Assembly: GCA_016235455.1 (NCBI GenBank)
Contig: JACRKZ010000185.1
Span: forward strand, 1-35,628
Length of the DNA stretch: 35,628 nucleotides
Source: Armatimonadota bacterium
Lineage (GTDB): Bacteria > Armatimonadota > UBA10988
Reading direction: 5' to 3'
Below, piece by piece: positions 34,001 through 35,628 of the stretch. The number at the start of each line of letters is the position of its first letter. Position 1 is the first letter of the stretch. The position numbers and the translations under genes were made by a program. The notes beneath the pieces were generated by a model. That model did not search any database. It was not told the DNA's origin and saw only the letters and a list, made by a program, of their open reading frames with translations.

Positions 34001-35242
34001 CTAGAGCGCCAGGCCGGCGGGCCAGGTGAAGTTGGCGCCCAGGGTGGCCACGGTGAACCGCTCAGGCCGGTGGTCGGCAAGGTAGGCGTTGAGGCTGTCG
34101 GCGCCGACCGCCTCGATGCCGGCGCGTACCTCTTCGGGCGAACGTACGCGGCCCAGCCACAGCCAGTCCAGCGCGGCCCGACCGGCGCGCGAGCCGGTGC
34201 TCTCGTCGTTCATGACCTCATTGCTCAGCAACCGCACCCGCGAGCGCTCGACCTCGTCCGCGGTGACCGTGCCGGGCAGCCGGCGCAACTCGCCGATCAT
34301 CACTTCCAGCGTCTCCGCACTGCGCTCGGTAGTGGTGCCGGCACGAACCACGACATAGCCATGACTGCGCACCGCCAGGGCCGACGCGCCTACGGAATAG
34401 CACAGGCCGCGCTTCTCGCGCACCTCGGTGAACAGCCGCGCGCCCATGCCGCCCGACAGCACCTGCACGGCCATCTGGCCGTGGTAGCGCAGCGGGTCGG
34501 TGGGCGGCACATCGCCGTACATCAGGCCCAGATGGACCTGCTCGGTCGTCGCTTCCACATGCTCATAGAGCGGCTCGGTACGCGGCTCGGCCGGGGGCAG
34601 CGCCGTCGCCTGGCCGGCCCAGTCGCCAAACAGCGCCTGCACGCGCGCCAAAGCCGAGTCGGGATCGATGCCGCCGGCAATGGACAGCACCGCGCCCTCG
34701 GGACAGCAGACGGCGCGCTGATGGGCGCGCAACGCATCGGCGCTGAAGGCACCGACCGATTCGACGGTGCCCATCAACTGCCGGCCAAAGGCCGTGGGAA
34801 AGTAGCGGCGTGTCAGCTCGACCAGCAGCTTCTGCGCCGGCTGGTCCTCGAGCCCGGCCAACTCGGCCAGCGCCAAGGCGCGGCACGGTTCTAGCGCGTC
34901 GTCGGGCAGCGTCGGGTCCAGCACAGTGTCGGCCAGCAGGGCGATCGCCTCCGACCAGTCGGCGCCCAGGCAGGACAAGGTCCAGCTGGTCGACTCGCGG
35001 GCGGCACCGCCGCCACGGCGGGCACCCAGGTTCTCCAGCGCCTCGTTGACAGCGCGCGTGTCACGACCGCCCGCGCCCCGCTGGCACCAGGCGTGGAGCA
35101 GGTTGGCGGAGCCTTCGGCGCCGAGCGGATCGGCCGCGGCGCCGGTGGGCAGCAGCAGGCTCGTGGCCACGGCAGGCCGGTTCAACGGCTCGATAAGGAC
35201 CATCAAGCCATTGTCCAAGCGACGTTCGATGCGGTTTGCCAT
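34001..35242 (-). CDS. M16 family peptidase, non-catalytic partner subunit
   Basis: LDNGL N-terminus, HxxEH absent (NLLHAW) and LSGGMGARLFTEVREKRGLCYSV carrying the R/Y pair. Directly upstream of the active subunit. Confidence 0.9.
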   Translation of the reverse strand: MANRIERRLDNGLMVLIEPLNRPAVATSLLLPTGAAADPLGAEGSANLLHAWCQRGAGGRDTRAVNEALENLGARRGGGAARESTSWTLSCLGADWSEAIALLADTVLDPTLPDDALEPCRALALAELAGLEDQPAQKLLVELTRRYFPTAFGRQLMGTVESVGAFSADALRAHQRAVCCPEGAVLSIAGGIDPDSALARVQALFGDWAGQATALPPAEPRTEPLYEHVEATTEQVHLGLMYGDVPPTDPLRYHGQMAVQVLSGGMGARLFTEVREKRGLCYSVGASALAVRSHGYVVVRAGTTTERSAETLEVMIGELRRLPGTVTADEVERSRVRLLSNEVMNDESTGSRAGRAALDWLWLGRVRSPEEVRAGIEAVGADSLNAYLADHRPERFTVATLGANFTWPAGLAL

Positions 35243-35404
35243 GCGCTGCGGGCAACCTCCAACCCTTCTCTTAGGGTAGGCCTGCAACCACTTGCTGTAC
35301 AGTGTTGATCGCGCGATGGTTGGGCCCCGAGACATGCGCGCAGCTGGTCCGCGGGCCGCTTGGCCCGACCCACAGACAACGTCGCGAACTTTTTGGGGTT
35401 GGCG

Positions 35405-35430
35405 GGAACCTGGGGGGAACCCTCAGCGTC
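35405..35430 (+). promoter_or_regulatory. ECF-sigma-type promoter candidate
   Basis: GGAACC-N16-CGTC, about 110 nt upstream of the DUF1559 gene. Confidence 0.5.
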
Positions 35431-35538
35431 CACAAGGCCAGCTTGGTCACGCCGGAATGGTTGTGCGCCAGCCAACCCAGCAGATCCGAGACCGGCCATG
35501 TGGCGAAAGCCCGTGGGCGCGGCGGATGAGGAACGACA

Positions 35539-35628
<90 letters not shown>

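Noticed and set aside
35484-35530. Resemblance of the GAAA hairpin followed by GGGCGC to a c-di-GMP-I riboswitch
   Set aside because: The upstream GGCAAAC-like segment, the GCAAAG junction and the second receptor stem are missing.

Overview
A GC-rich, gene-dense bacterial chromosomal window. The [12 protein letters not shown]-type DUF1559 prepilin-like genes and tandem PilT ATPases suggest Armatimonadota, but this is inference. I find about 30 CDS and no rRNA, tRNA, CRISPR array, transposase or prophage. In order: a partial DUF4140/DUF4139-type exported protein, a TlpA lipoprotein, rbfA (very acidic tail)-truB, a DUF1559 prepilin-like gene, SSS transporter-zwf-opcA, photolyase-tspO-TIGR01777, three tandem signal-peptide YbjN-like paralogues, then membrane protein-pilT x3-alr. 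These are followed by an extended PIMT/pcm methyltransferase, a CesT/YbjN-like gene with pspA, an OB-repeat protein-tricorn protease-Tat sulfatase-DUF4432 epimerase-Gfo/Idh/MocA run, a second Gfo/Idh/MocA gene, an M16 peptidase pair-Nif3-zinc ribbon-SDR run, and a second partial DUF1559 gene. The best leads for undescribed biology are two hairpin-rich intergenic regions (about 690-1005 and 12258-12452), the triplicated secreted YbjN-like genes, the triple PilT cluster alongside orphan DUF1559 pilin-like genes, and the poly-acidic RbfA tail. All calls come from reading motifs by eye; no database search or folding program was run.
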